Virus record (IMG/VR): IMGVR_UViG_3300031576_000034 | Location: 4,367 to 68,366 of that record | Direction: 5' to 3' (one strand) | Length of the DNA: 64,000 nucleotides | Origin: a virus | Shown: piece by piece, positions 19,938-29,990 of the stretch | How the letters are laid out: each line of letters starts with the position of its first letter | Numbering within the stretch: the first letter of the stretch is position 1 | Program-made: the position numbers and the translations under genes | The notes under the pieces: generated by a model | Database searches by the model: none | Told to the model about the DNA's origin: nothing | Seen by the model: only the letters and a program-made list of their open reading frames with translations

Positions 19938-20935
19938 GCATCATCTCCGTCGGCGGCCTCCCCGTCCGCCGCCTCCCCGAGGAAGTCCTCGGCATCGAGG
20001 GCGGCCCCTCCCGTCGCGGCTCGACGTACTGGTCGCGCTTCCTGCACTGCGAGTTCGAGCATTACCTCTCGAACGTCTTGAGCTGGGGCGCGGAACAGAT
20101 GACTGAGCCGCTCACGACGGGGATCGTCTGGCATCACGGCCTCGAGCGGTACTACCTCGACAGGCAAGCGTGGCAGGAGAGTGCGCTTGCGCAGGATCCG
20201 AACCTCGACAAGCGGGACCCGCACTTTCTGTGTGGGAACTCCGGGGGTCCTGCGGCGTTCTATGAAGCGATCCAGCCGTTCTCCTCGGAGCCCGGATACG
20301 AGGAGATCTACGAGACGATCGCCAGGATGGCCGAGGCGTACATCGCGAAGTGGCGCTTCGAGTCGTTCGAGATCCTCGCGGTCGAGGACACGATGGAGGT
20401 CTCCTCGCCGCTCGAATACTCGTCGCGGCTCGATCTCATCGTCGTCGACTGGGCGACGCGCATCCCAGCGACGCGCATCATCGAACACAAGAGCACCTAC
20501 CGGATGGACCACTACGTCCTCGAGGGCTACACGCAGGATCTCCAGACCCTCGGCCAGGTGTACGTGTTCGAGAAGTTCGTCGACCTCGAGAAGTACCCGC
20601 CTTTCATCGGCTCGCTCGTCAACGTGACGAGCAAGACGAAGAATCCGGAGTGCGAGCGGATCCACGTCCAGCCGAGCCCGGAAGCGCTCAACGTCTGGGA
20701 GCGCGCGATGCTTGCTCATGCGCGGAGAAGCGAACAGGCTGAGAAGGAAACGGATCACCACTACGCGAAGAACTACGCGGCGTGCACGCGCAGGTACGGC
20801 CGGTGCGAGTTCTTCGACCTCTGCCGCTCCTTTCCGTCCGTGGATGAGACGATGGCGCGTAGCATGACGACGGCGGGCGAGTTGCCGCCGGGGTACAAGG
20901 TGCGGCTCAACGTCTGGAAGGAGGATGCGCGATGA
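19934..20935 (+). CDS. PD-(D/E)XK (RecB/Cas4-like) exonuclease
   Basis: TGIVWH, RLDLIVVD..IIEHKS, Q..Y, CTRRYGRCEFFDLC. Confidence 0.85.
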   Translation: MSIISVGGLPVRRLPEEVLGIEGGPSRRGSTYWSRFLHCEFEHYLSNVLSWGAEQMTEPLTTGIVWHHGLERYYLDRQAWQESALAQDPNLDKRDPHFLCGNSGGPAAFYEAIQPFSSEPGYEEIYETIARMAEAYIAKWRFESFEILAVEDTMEVSSPLEYSSRLDLIVVDWATRIPATRIIEHKSTYRMDHYVLEGYTQDLQTLGQVYVFEKFVDLEKYPPFIGSLVNVTSKTKNPECERIHVQPSPEALNVWERAMLAHARRSEQAEKETDHHYAKNYAACTRRYGRCEFFDLCRSFPSVDETMARSMTTAGELPPGYKVRLNVWKEDAR

Positions 20936-21189
20936 GTATTCGAGTGATCTACCAGTGTGACGCGTGTGAACGAACGGCCGAGGCCGGAGCCGGCCGACGG
21001 TCGGCTCCGAAAGGTTGGAAGACGCTTGAGCGACCCCACGTCCACAGCGGCATCGTGGGGCTGCGCTGGCGACGTCACACGCGAACGATCGTCGCGTGCC
21101 CGAGCCCGGTGTGCCGCAAGCAACTCGGCAGCCGTGTCAAGCCGGTCGGGCCGACGTGGGCCAAGTTGCGTGGGACGTTCGTCGGATGA
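20932..21189 (+). CDS. small Zn-binding hypothetical protein
   Basis: CDAC..PKGW..CPSPVC; ATGA overlap. Confidence 0.7.
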   Translation: MSIRVIYQCDACERTAEAGAGRRSAPKGWKTLERPHVHSGIVGLRWRRHTRTIVACPSPVCRKQLGSRVKPVGPTWAKLRGTFVG

Positions 21190-21452
21190 ACGTCACGATC
21201 CACAAGCACATCCCTGACGCCGCTTCCCTCCGCTCCGCCGACTGCTACCGCGTCTTCGTAGATACGGGAGAATCTGTCTGCGGGAAGCTCGTTCGGGCGC
21301 GGTGGGTGGTCGATCTCGGTGACGGCACCGACGACGATCGGCTTCGTACGCTCCTGGGGGGCCTCCCGGCGGGGAAGTACTGGGTCTACCACCTGCTCAA
21401 GTCGATCACGAAGGGGCGGAGTAGGGTCACGTGGGGGGAGCCCAAGACGTGA
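21186..21452 (+). CDS. hypothetical protein
   Basis: 4-nt overlaps on both sides. Confidence 0.65.
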   Translation: MNVTIHKHIPDAASLRSADCYRVFVDTGESVCGKLVRARWVVDLGDGTDDDRLRTLLGGLPAGKYWVYHLLKSITKGRSRVTWGEPKT

Positions 21453-21793
21453 ATCGAGTTCGTCGAGTCCTCTCAGCCGCGCGTGTTGAAGCCTTTCGCG
21501 CCTGCCGTCGTCGAGGCCGGTTCGATGTCGACGACGTGCTCGACTACGTGGTCGGAGCGTTGGCGCTCGATGCCGTCGAACGTACATACGGTGCTGGCGA
21601 CGCGATGTGGGCTCCGGGGGACTCCGGAGAGGACTACGACAACGTGCCGGTGACGCATGTACGGAGCATGAATCAGAGCGTCGTGGCCGTTCTCGCCGCG
21701 CTCGATCCAGCGATCATCGCGCTTGGCGCGGACCGCGGCAAGGTCGGGGCGACCGCACGCGCAAGGGCGCGTCTCGCAGCGATTTTGCCATGA
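21449..21793 (+). CDS. hypothetical protein
   Basis: 4-nt overlaps on both sides. Confidence 0.6.
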   Translation: MNRVRRVLSAARVEAFRACRRRGRFDVDDVLDYVVGALALDAVERTYGAGDAMWAPGDSGEDYDNVPVTHVRSMNQSVVAVLAALDPAIIALGADRGKVGATARARARLAAILP

Positions 21794-22548
21794 GCGCGCT
21801 CGACCACTACCTCGTCATCGACACCGAGACGACCGGCTTGGATGCCGACAAGTCGCGCGTCCTTGAGCTGGGCCTCGCGCGCTTCGAGCGCGGGCAGCTC
21901 GTCGAGCAAGCCAACTACTTGATCCGGTGTGAGCCGCACGAGTGGAAGGAAGAGATCACGCGCATCAACGGGCTCACGTGGGCCGACGTGTTCGGCGCCC
22001 CCGAGTGGGCGGAAGTCTGGGAGGCGATCAAGACTCTCACGGAGGTCGGAACGTACGTCGCGTACAACGCATCGTTCGACCGTCGTTTCGTGGGAAACAG
22101 GACGCGGGAGGGGCTGCCGTCGGGACACCCGCTCCTCTCAACGACGTGGATCGATCCGCTCCCGTTCGCGTGGGCGATGAACCGGCCGGGCCCCAACAAG
22201 CTCGTCAACGTCTGCGCGCGGTACGGCGTCGATCTGAGCAACGCGCACAACGCGCTCGCCGACGCAATCGCGACCGGGCTGGTTCTCCCAAGGGTTTTGA
22301 AGGCGTACGACGGATCTCTCCTCGACGCCTCGGTCGAAAAAATCCTCGAAACGCAATTACGCTTGACGTGCGAACGCGCTCGCTACTACAAGGGGGGTGC
22401 TGCGGTCTTCGTGTGTGACGGCTGCGGCGAAGCGAAAGCTTCGGCGGATCCCAAAAAGGCCCCCGAGAAGTGGGCCTTGCGGGACGACGGGCGCGTGACG
22501 TGCTCGCTGGGCTGTGACGCGCAGTTGCTCTGGCGGAAAACCGGGTAG
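21790..22548 (+). CDS. DEDDh 3'-5' exonuclease (DnaQ-like) with C-terminal Zn motif
   Basis: VIDTETTG, AYNASFD, HNALADA; CDGC..CSLGC. Confidence 0.9.
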   Translation: MSALDHYLVIDTETTGLDADKSRVLELGLARFERGQLVEQANYLIRCEPHEWKEEITRINGLTWADVFGAPEWAEVWEAIKTLTEVGTYVAYNASFDRRFVGNRTREGLPSGHPLLSTTWIDPLPFAWAMNRPGPNKLVNVCARYGVDLSNAHNALADAIATGLVLPRVLKAYDGSLLDASVEKILETQLRLTCERARYYKGGAAVFVCDGCGEAKASADPKKAPEKWALRDDGRVTCSLGCDAQLLWRKTG

Positions 22549-22566
22549 CGAACCAAGGGTGCAAGG

Positions 22567-23274
22567 ATGCGATTCGAGCATGCGACGGGTGTACCGTCTC
22601 GACTCCGCGTGTTTCTCTACGGACACACGCGCAGCGGCAAGACGCGCGTGGCCGCCACGTTCCCGAGGCCGCTCTTCGTGTTCCCGAGGAACGAGAACGG
22701 CGAGATCGCGCTCGCCGGGAGCGGCATCCCGTTCGTCAAGGTCGCCTCGCGCGACGAGATGAACGCCGTCCTCGACGAGTTGCTCGCCGCGAACAAGGCC
22801 GGGCGCCTGAACGAGTACGGCGACACGATCGTGGTCGAGAGCTTCACGCACGTCGCGCGCTTCGTCGAGATGGAGCTGACGAGGTCCGGTGCGCGGGAGA
22901 TGAAGGGCCAGTGGGGCTACATGGACAGCTTCTTCAAGCACGTGCTCGACGTGCTGTGGCAGCTTGACGCCCATGTCGTCTGCACCTCCCTCGCCTCGAT
23001 CAAGGCGAGCAAGGACGGCGTGATCCTCTCGGCAGGGCCCGACATGCCTGGCAAGAGCGCGGGGATCTTCGCCTCCTCGGCCGACATCCTCGGCTACTGC
23101 TCGCAGATGAGCACGGGGCAGGGCTCAATCTTCCAGACGGCGCTGATCAAGCAGGGCGAGTTCGACGCGGGCACGCGCATCCCGCTCATGCCGCAGGGCA
23201 TCTACACCAACTTCAACTACCCGCGCGACATCGCGCCGTACGTTGGCGTGCCGGAGCAAATTGCGGCGCAGTAA
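22567..23274 (+). CDS. AAA_24/Sak4-like ATPase (putative recombinase)
   Basis: VFLYGHTRSGKT, DTIVVES, ADILGY; clustered with nuclease and SSB-like genes. Confidence 0.8.
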   Translation: MRFEHATGVPSRLRVFLYGHTRSGKTRVAATFPRPLFVFPRNENGEIALAGSGIPFVKVASRDEMNAVLDELLAANKAGRLNEYGDTIVVESFTHVARFVEMELTRSGAREMKGQWGYMDSFFKHVLDVLWQLDAHVVCTSLASIKASKDGVILSAGPDMPGKSAGIFASSADILGYCSQMSTGQGSIFQTALIKQGEFDAGTRIPLMPQGIYTNFNYPRDIAPYVGVPEQIAAQ

Positions 23275-23318
23275 ATCGTCAGATTTTTGCGTCGTAAGAC
23301 GCGTTGAATTCGTAGGAG

Positions 23319-23597
23319 ATGATCATGGGACGACCGAAGAAGGATGGAACTCCGGCGGCGAAGCCGACCAAGACGCGCAGCAGCAAGGCGTGCAGCGTGC
23401 TCGTGCCCGCGACGCATGACGAGATCGAGGGCGCTCTCAAGGAGACGGGCGAGATGCTCTACCGTCGGCACGACGCTCCTGGCGGCCTCAAGCAGGCCAA
23501 GGAGATCATCGCTGGGATGACCAGCGATCTCGCTGGCGTGGAGATCGTGGTCAAGAGCAAGCGGCCGGAGCGGACGACGAAGGTCAAGTTCGTCTGA
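23319..23597 (+). CDS. small basic hypothetical protein
   Basis: AGGAG RBS; GRPKK start. Confidence 0.7.
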   Translation: MIMGRPKKDGTPAAKPTKTRSSKACSVLVPATHDEIEGALKETGEMLYRRHDAPGGLKQAKEIIAGMTSDLAGVEIVVKSKRPERTTKVKFV

Positions 23598-23598
23598 C

Positions 23599-23790
23599 AT
23601 GTTCTGGAACGGCGCACTCGCAGCAAAGATCGTCGCCGGAGCGGTGAGCGCGTTCGCGTTCACCCTCCGCAAGGGCGGCAACGTGCTCGTCGAAGTGCGC
23701 GGGAGCAACGTCGTCGTCTACCCGGCCGAGATGGATCTGAAGAGCGCGCAGAAGGCACACGATCTCGTCGTGATCGACTGCGACAAATGA
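23599..23790 (+). CDS. hypothetical protein
   Basis: adjacent ORF with coding-like codon use. Confidence 0.55.
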   Translation: MFWNGALAAKIVAGAVSAFAFTLRKGGNVLVEVRGSNVVVYPAEMDLKSAQKAHDLVVIDCDK

Positions 23791-23838
23791 CGCGTGTGGA
23801 AAACACGCTGCCCTAACTGAACTGAGGAGAAGAGAACC

Positions 23839-24435
23839 ATGCCCGTGATCGAAACCAATGGAGACACGTCGGGAAGCGGCTCGAGCGGCCGAGAGCGGCT
23901 CATCCCCGCCGGCTACCTGCACGTCCGCATCACCGAGAGCCCCCTCGGCACGACGAAGAACGGCCACCCGCAGGTCACGCTCAAGGGCGAGATCATCGCG
24001 CACGAGGCCGATCAGCGCGCCGCGGGCCGCAAGGCGACCATCTACCAAGTGCAGGGTGCGAAGTCCGCTCCCTACACGAAGCGGCTCCTCGACGCCGCGG
24101 GCTTCGAGGCGCTCGACGCGTCGGCGAACCCGCAGATGGTGCAGGGCGCGCGTCGGTACATCAACAAGGGCGACAAGATCGTCTGGGACACCGACATGCT
24201 TGCGGGCTGCATCGTGCGCGTCGAGTGCACCCACGACGAGTGGGAGGCAGGCAAGTGGAGCGAGCGCTGGGGCAACTGGAGCCCGTCGCAGTACGCCGCC
24301 CAGCCCGGTCACGGCCACGTGCCGATCCACGGCGGCATGCAGGGCGCTCCGCAGGTCTCGCAGAGCGTCCCGCAGGGCCCGTATGCGCAGCAGCCGTACA
24401 TGCCCGGCCAGGGCAACCCGCCGCTCCGCCGATGA
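23839..24435 (+). CDS. putative ssDNA-binding protein (DUF669-like)
   Basis: LIPAGYLHVRITE..TKNG..; Gln/Pro/Gly-rich tail; near the Sak4-like gene. Confidence 0.6.
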   Translation: MPVIETNGDTSGSGSSGRERLIPAGYLHVRITESPLGTTKNGHPQVTLKGEIIAHEADQRAAGRKATIYQVQGAKSAPYTKRLLDAAGFEALDASANPQMVQGARRYINKGDKIVWDTDMLAGCIVRVECTHDEWEAGKWSERWGNWSPSQYAAQPGHGHVPIHGGMQGAPQVSQSVPQGPYAQQPYMPGQGNPPLRR

Positions 24436-24848
24436 AGCGGTCGGAGGAAGAGCAGATGGTCGCGGGCCTCGCGCAGGCGCTTCTCGACGCCCTGCGCGGG
24501 GCCTTCGGGCTCGACTTCGATGTCGAGCGCGGCAAGCACGCCGCGAGTCACGCGGCGACCGACGTGCTCGCGCTCGCACCGCTGCTTGAGCAGTTCACGC
24601 CCGAGGGCCGACACAAGATCTGGCAGATCGCGCTCATCCGCATGAGCGACATCATCGGCAGCAAGCCCGAGGTGCTCGTCGAGGCCGGCGTCAGGCTCGA
24701 GCGCGAGGCGTGGCGCGATGCGAATGCGCCGATGTTCGGCGCGACGATCCTCGCGCTCGCCACGTCGCCGATCGCGCGCGCGTTCCTCTACTACGAGGGC
24801 TACGAGCTGCGGTTCCGGTTGCTCGATCCGCCCAAGCTCGACTCCTGA
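24432..24848 (+). CDS. hypothetical protein
   Basis: ATGA overlap; helical globular composition. Confidence 0.7.
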   Translation: MKRSEEEQMVAGLAQALLDALRGAFGLDFDVERGKHAASHAATDVLALAPLLEQFTPEGRHKIWQIALIRMSDIIGSKPEVLVEAGVRLEREAWRDANAPMFGATILALATSPIARAFLYYEGYELRFRLLDPPKLDS

Positions 24849-24944
24849 TCCACGTACGGGTGGAGTCTCCCGGGACGTGAATCGACTGGCCGGCGCCGCA
24901 GCGGTCGGAGGACTGCGGCACTTTTCTCATTCTGGGAGGTATCG

Positions 24945-27900
24945 GTGCGTGAGCTTCGTCTCGAGTACGTCTACGACCACCGCATCGCAAACTGCGATGC
25001 GTGCGGTCTGCGACCGTTCCGAGACGAGACCCTCTGCCTCTCCGAGCCGAATGCGATTTCCCACCCGTGCGGATCGGCCGTCGGGGAGGGGTCCAAGTCC
25101 GGCGAGAAGCCTTTCAACTGGAACGGCCTCCTCATCCTCGGCGAAGGCCCCGGCAACACCGAGGCGCGCCTCAAGCGGCCGTTCATGGGCCCGTCCGGCG
25201 AGCTACTGACGAAGCTGCTCACGAAGGCCGGTCTGAAACGGGAGGAGTGCTACGTCGGAAATACCACGCTTTGTCGGCCGGATTACGCCGGGCTCGACAC
25301 GAAGCGTAAGAGCCTCACCGACGCGTTCCCCACGGCCGTCCCGTCCTGCCGCCCGCGTCTGCTCGCCGAGATCGAGGCGCTTCAGCCCCGGGTGATCCTC
25401 GCGTTCGGGCAGGCCGCGCTTGCTGCGCTCACTGGAGTCGAAGAGACGGTCGCCAAGCGTGTCCCGTACACGTGCGGCACGTGCAAGGGAGAACTTCGTT
25501 GGCGCCGCTGGGGGTGCGCGAAGTGCAAGAAGATCTATCCTGAGTTTCCCGTTGTCGATGAGAACCGACCATCGGACGTGACGACCTGTTGCTTTGCCAA
25601 GTGGCAGCCGCGCAACGAGGTTTGCGACGAGTGCAAGGGCCTGAAAACGTCCGTGCAGACAAGTCAGGAGTTCAAGACGCTGCACACCTTGGGGGAAGTC
25701 GCTGGCGGCGTCTTCCGCGCTCAGAATCTCCCAGCACTCGTCGGGATTCTCAAGGAGCCGGACAAGACGTTCGTGATCGCGACGTACCATCCGGCGCATC
25801 TGCTTCGGCCCGCGGAGACGAAGGGGGACAAGAAGATTGGGGGGCAGTTCCTCGCCTCCGCGGTGCTCATGCACTGCCGCAAGGCCGCGCGGCTTTTGCA
25901 CGAAGACCCCGTGTGGTCGATGCGGCATCAGACGATCACGACGGCGGAAGAGCTGAACGCGTACCTCGAACGCTGGGCTGGTGATGTCTTCACAGTGGAC
26001 ATCGAGACGGACAACGAAGAGCCGCTCAGCGTCACGAAGATCACGTGTGTCGGGTTCAACGCGTTGAGCACGGACGAGGTGATCGTCTGCGACACAGACG
26101 GGCTCCCGCGCGAGCATCCGCTCGTTCAAGCCATCTGTGATTTTTGGTCTGACGCGCGCTACCACAAGGTTGGGCATGGCGCGGTGTACCGCAAGGCTGG
26201 CCAGAACATCCTCTACGATTCGACGGTGATCCGGCACGTGTGGGGCGCGGAACTCGAAAACTTGCACTTCGACACGATGATCGCGCACATCGCGGTCGCG
26301 CCCGACGAGCCGCATCACCTTCAGCACATCGCCTCGAGCTTCACGGATGCCGAGCCGTGGAAGCCGCCGAAGAAGGCCAAGACGGGCGGGTTTCACTTCG
26401 ACTCGAAGGAAGAGCTGCACCTCTACAACGCGCGCGACGTACGCAACACGAGCCTCGCAACCGGCCCCCTCTCCGCGCTCATGGTCGAGGAGAAGACACG
26501 CCAGGTTCACGACCTCGACATCCGCAAGGTCGAGATCGCGCGGCACATGACGCTCGCCGGCATGCCGGTGGACCGCCGAGAGATGCTCCGCATCGGTGCA
26601 GACGCGCAGTACGAACGCGAGACCGAGCAACGCGAGATGCGCGCGATGTTCGGACGGCTGCCCGACTCAGTTCTGAGCAAGGCCGCCCAGGAGGACGTGC
26701 GGAAGGGTTCCCAGGACGCCTTCTACTTCAACCCGCACTCGACGCCGCAGCTCCAATGGGCTCTCTTCGACCCGCAAGGCCCGTTCAAGATGCCGCCGAC
26801 AGGCTTCACGGACGGCGGGGGCGCGTCCACGGACAAACCTGCGCTCATGGCCGTCCTCTCGGCGCCGCACGCCCCTCGTGAGGCCAAGGACTTCGTGCAG
26901 CGGCTCATGCGCTACCGCGATGCGAAGATGGTCACGACGCTCTGCAACATCTCAGAGGGCGAGAAGGGGCTCCAGATCGGCGTGGACGGTCGTGTGCACC
27001 CGTCATGGTACCCGAATGGTGCACGGACGGGGCGTTGGACGAGCGAACCGAACTTTCAGAATTTCAAAAAGTGGCTGCGCGCGATGTTCCGCGTCGGCGA
27101 AGGCCGGCGGCTCGTTGGAGCCGACAAGGCCCAGTTGGAACTTCGGATCATGGCCGCCCGCGCTGGCGCGACCGACCTCATCCGCCGCTGCAAGACCGCT
27201 GTCGAGTCCCGCAAGCTCGAGCCCGAGTGCGACCCGCACAGCTTCATCGCGAGTAAGTTCTTCGGCGAGACGTTCACGCTGCTCTCGCTCGCCGATCCAC
27301 TCCACGACAGGGCGAACAAGCGGTGCAAGTGCGAGACGTGCATCCGCAAACTCCTGCGCGAGGTGATCAAGCGCGGCATCTACGGCCTCGCCTACGGTGC
27401 GACCGAGTACACGGTCTACGAGGCCCTCATCGACGGCGGCTACGACGGGCCGCCGATCTCGGTCGAGATGATCCGTGCCGCGATCGATCTCGTCTTCACG
27501 ACGTGGCCGGAGTTGCGGACGTACTTCGACGGGCAGTACGCGCTGGCGCTCAAGACCGGGTACGTGTTCGACGGGCTGCTCGGGCGGATGCGGTGTTTTC
27601 CGCTTGGGGATGTGTCGCAGACGGAAGTATTCAACTGGGGGGTCCAGTGCCTTCCGGGCAACGTGCGTGTGCTGACGGCTGGCGGCTACATTCCGATCGG
27701 GGAGATCGCGCGGCCAGTGTTCGCTTGGACTGGCAACCGCTGGTCGCCCGCTCGGAGGATCTCAAAGGGTGCAGAGCAGGTGTGGCGCGTGACAACGGAC
27801 GCCGGGCATGCGCTGGAGGCAAACGCTGCGCACCGGTTGCTCGTAGCGGACGGCGCCGACTTCGTTTGGCGTGAAACGGCTGCCTTGAAACCTGGCGACA

Positions 27901-29138
27901 CAATTGGATTGTCGTTGGCCACCCCGATGCGCTGCGGCTGCACCGAAGAAACAGAGGAATCGGCGTTTTGGCTTGGGTACTGGATTGGCAATGGGTCGTG
28001 GACCCGGGGCCGCAACGAGGCCGGAATGACGTTTGGAACGCGCGTCTACGGCGAGACGCACCAGGAATACGCGTTGCGCTTTCGACGGTGGCTTGAGACG
28101 CAGGGCTTGACGCACCAGAAACCGACGACTGGGCGTCGACACGACGGCACGCGGTCGAACTGCACAATCATCGTGTCGTCCACGCTGCCCGCGTGGCTTG
28201 CGCGTTTCGAAATCGACGACACGTGGAAGTCGAAGACGAAACGCGTACCGCCGCCGGTGTGGCGGTGGTCGCTGGACCTTCGAGGTGCGTACTTGCGCGG
28301 CTATTTTGCTGCGGACGGTTCGTTGTCAGCCAGGGATCTGCGAGGCGCAAAAACGCCGACCGTCAACACGCCGAATCTAGAGTTGTTACGCGACACGCAG
28401 TTGCTGCTTCGTTCCTGCGGCGTTGAGAGTCGGATTCGCGGGCCGTACAAGGCTGATCGTGCGGGCCACATCATGTGGCGCCTCAACATGCACGGACGCG
28501 CGCTCCAGGAGTTTCTCGGCTGGGCCGCCCCGCGCAGCGAACGCGCGCAACTTCGGTACAGCACAGGCGTTGTTTGCACGCCCGACGCAGTGTCGAAGTT
28601 TCTCGACTTGTACCCGCGCAACCCGTTCGACTACGGCGCACAAGCGTCGTTCTACGTGCTGTGGAGCCGGCTCGCGCACGGCGGCAACACCAACCCGCAC
28701 ACGCTTGCGCGAATGCTAACCGCACTTGACGCGCGCTCGGCGATGGATCTGTACGCCACCGCCAAGGTTGCGTCCGTCGAAGCCCTTGAACGCGAAGCGC
28801 CGATGTACACGTTGATGGTGGGCCACAGCTCACACCGCTACGACAGCGCCGGGTTCATCTCGAAGAACAGCAGCGCAGCAACCGTCATGGACTCCGACAC
28901 GCTCCGTTTCTTCCACGGCACGAACGACCTCCCCTCCTTTCGCCAGATCGATCCCACGGCGAAAGTCATCGCGCAGGTCCACGACGCGCTCTACGTCGAG
29001 TGCGACGAGCGGAGGGCCGATCAGATGATCGCGCTGATGAACGTCGCCCTCTCGTGCGAGGTGCAGCTTGCGGCGGGTGAGTGGATGCCGCTCCCCGCGA
29101 CGGCGCACGCCGCCGACAACTGGATGGACGCCGCATGA
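24945..29138 (+). CDS. polA: family A DNA polymerase with N-terminal family-4 uracil-DNA glycosylase domain, 3'-5' exonuclease and an intein
   Basis: LGEGPG..E..RPFMGPSG..TYHPA (UDG4); VDIET, YNARD (exo); RTGRWTS, DKAQLELR (A), KRGIYGLAYG (B), QVHDAL (C). Confidence 0.93.
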   Translation: MRELRLEYVYDHRIANCDACGLRPFRDETLCLSEPNAISHPCGSAVGEGSKSGEKPFNWNGLLILGEGPGNTEARLKRPFMGPSGELLTKLLTKAGLKREECYVGNTTLCRPDYAGLDTKRKSLTDAFPTAVPSCRPRLLAEIEALQPRVILAFGQAALAALTGVEETVAKRVPYTCGTCKGELRWRRWGCAKCKKIYPEFPVVDENRPSDVTTCCFAKWQPRNEVCDECKGLKTSVQTSQEFKTLHTLGEVAGGVFRAQNLPALVGILKEPDKTFVIATYHPAHLLRPAETKGDKKIGGQFLASAVLMHCRKAARLLHEDPVWSMRHQTITTAEELNAYLERWAGDVFTVDIETDNEEPLSVTKITCVGFNALSTDEVIVCDTDGLPREHPLVQAICDFWSDARYHKVGHGAVYRKAGQNILYDSTVIRHVWGAELENLHFDTMIAHIAVAPDEPHHLQHIASSFTDAEPWKPPKKAKTGGFHFDSKEELHLYNARDVRNTSLATGPLSALMVEEKTRQVHDLDIRKVEIARHMTLAGMPVDRREMLRIGADAQYERETEQREMRAMFGRLPDSVLSKAAQEDVRKGSQDAFYFNPHSTPQLQWALFDPQGPFKMPPTGFTDGGGASTDKPALMAVLSAPHAPREAKDFVQRLMRYRDAKMVTTLCNISEGEKGLQIGVDGRVHPSWYPNGARTGRWTSEPNFQNFKKWLRAMFRVGEGRRLVGADKAQLELRIMAARAGATDLIRRCKTAVESRKLEPECDPHSFIASKFFGETFTLLSLADPLHDRANKRCKCETCIRKLLREVIKRGIYGLAYGATEYTVYEALIDGGYDGPPISVEMIRAAIDLVFTTWPELRTYFDGQYALALKTGYVFDGLLGRMRCFPLGDVSQTEVFNWGVQCLPGNVRVLTAGGYIPIGEIARPVFAWTGNRWSPARRISKGAEQVWRVTTDAGHALEANAAHRLLVADGADFVWRETAALKPGDTIGLSLATPMRCGCTEETEESAFWLGYWIGNGSWTRGRNEAGMTFGTRVYGETHQEYALRFRRWLETQGLTHQKPTTGRRHDGTRSNCTIIVSSTLPAWLARFEIDDTWKSKTKRVPPPVWRWSLDLRGAYLRGYFAADGSLSARDLRGAKTPTVNTPNLELLRDTQLLLRSCGVESRIRGPYKADRAGHIMWRLNMHGRALQEFLGWAAPRSERAQLRYSTGVVCTPDAVSKFLDLYPRNPFDYGAQASFYVLWSRLAHGGNTNPHTLARMLTALDARSAMDLYATAKVASVEALEREAPMYTLMVGHSSHRYDSAGFISKNSSAATVMDSDTLRFFHGTNDLPSFRQIDPTAKVIAQVHDALYVECDERRADQMIALMNVALSCEVQLAAGEWMPLPATAHAADNWMDAA
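27648..28868 (+). mobile_element. intein (407 aa) with LAGLIDADG homing endonuclease
   Basis: starts Q/CLPGNV, block B NAAHRL, WLGYWIGNGS and YLRGYFAADGS, ends ISKN/S; codon use differs from the exteins. Confidence 0.9.
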
Positions 29139-29638
29139 AGAATCTCCCCTCGTGGGCCGTGATGGCCGCAGGAGTTGGCCTCTTTCCGATGCTGCTCCTA
29201 CCCTACTTGATGAAGAGGAAGACGATGAATCCACTGACAACAGCAATCGGCGAGCAGTTCCACGCGCTCGAGAACACGATCAAGAACAGCCCCGGAGTCT
29301 CGCGCAAGCGGCGAGACGCGCTCCTTGGGACCCTCAAGGCGGCGTTCAACGCGATCAACGAGGCGCGCACCAAGCAGCGTGTCGAGGACGCGCGAGTTGC
29401 CGCTGAGAACGAGAAGCGTGCCCGCGAAGAGGGCCAGACCGAAGGGCTCCGGCTGGCCGTCACGCTGCTTCGTGCCCACGAAGCGTCGATCCTCATCCAC
29501 CTGACGGCACAGGAGACGCTCGACGCGGTGAATCGGGCGCCGGAGCGGGTCGCGGTGCGGACGTTCGCGGCGGGGGTGGTGTCGATGTTTGAGAGTGGGA
29601 AGGTCCACCCGAAGTCGGGGATGGGGAGGTCGGCATGA
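29135..29638 (+). CDS. hypothetical coiled-coil protein
   Basis: ATGA overlap with pol; alternative start at MNPLTT. Confidence 0.65.
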   Translation: MKNLPSWAVMAAGVGLFPMLLLPYLMKRKTMNPLTTAIGEQFHALENTIKNSPGVSRKRRDALLGTLKAAFNAINEARTKQRVEDARVAAENEKRAREEGQTEGLRLAVTLLRAHEASILIHLTAQETLDAVNRAPERVAVRTFAAGVVSMFESGKVHPKSGMGRSA

Positions 29639-29988
29639 AGACGATCAGTCGACTCCAGCGTGAGATCGGCGAGTGGTCCAAGTCGCGCGGATGGTTCCCG
29701 GCGGACGGCGCACTCGCCGATCCCGAGTTCAAGGCGCTCTTCGTCAGCTCCAAGCTGGCGTTGATCCACTCGGAGGTTAGCGAAGCGCTGGAGGCCGTGC
29801 GCGAACACGAGTACGAAGCGTACATTGCAGAGGGCAAGCCAGAGGGTTGCGCCACCGAACTCGCGGACGCCGTGATCCGTATTCTCGACCTCGCCGAGAT
29901 CCTCGGGCTCGATCTCTCGGGCGCGATCGATGCGAAGATGCTGTACAACCACACGCGGCCGTACAAGCACGGCGGCAAGGCGATTTGA
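29635..29988 (+). CDS. MazG-like NTP pyrophosphohydrolase
   Basis: LALIHSEVSEALE..ELADAVIRILD..KMLYNHTRPYKHGGK. Confidence 0.88.
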   Translation: MKTISRLQREIGEWSKSRGWFPADGALADPEFKALFVSSKLALIHSEVSEALEAVREHEYEAYIAEGKPEGCATELADAVIRILDLAEILGLDLSGAIDAKMLYNHTRPYKHGGKAI

Positions 29989-29990
29989 CG

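Noticed and set aside
19934-20935. CRISPR-associated Cas4
   Set aside because: Its context is a helicase/Sak4/SSB recombination module, and there is no cas1 or array.
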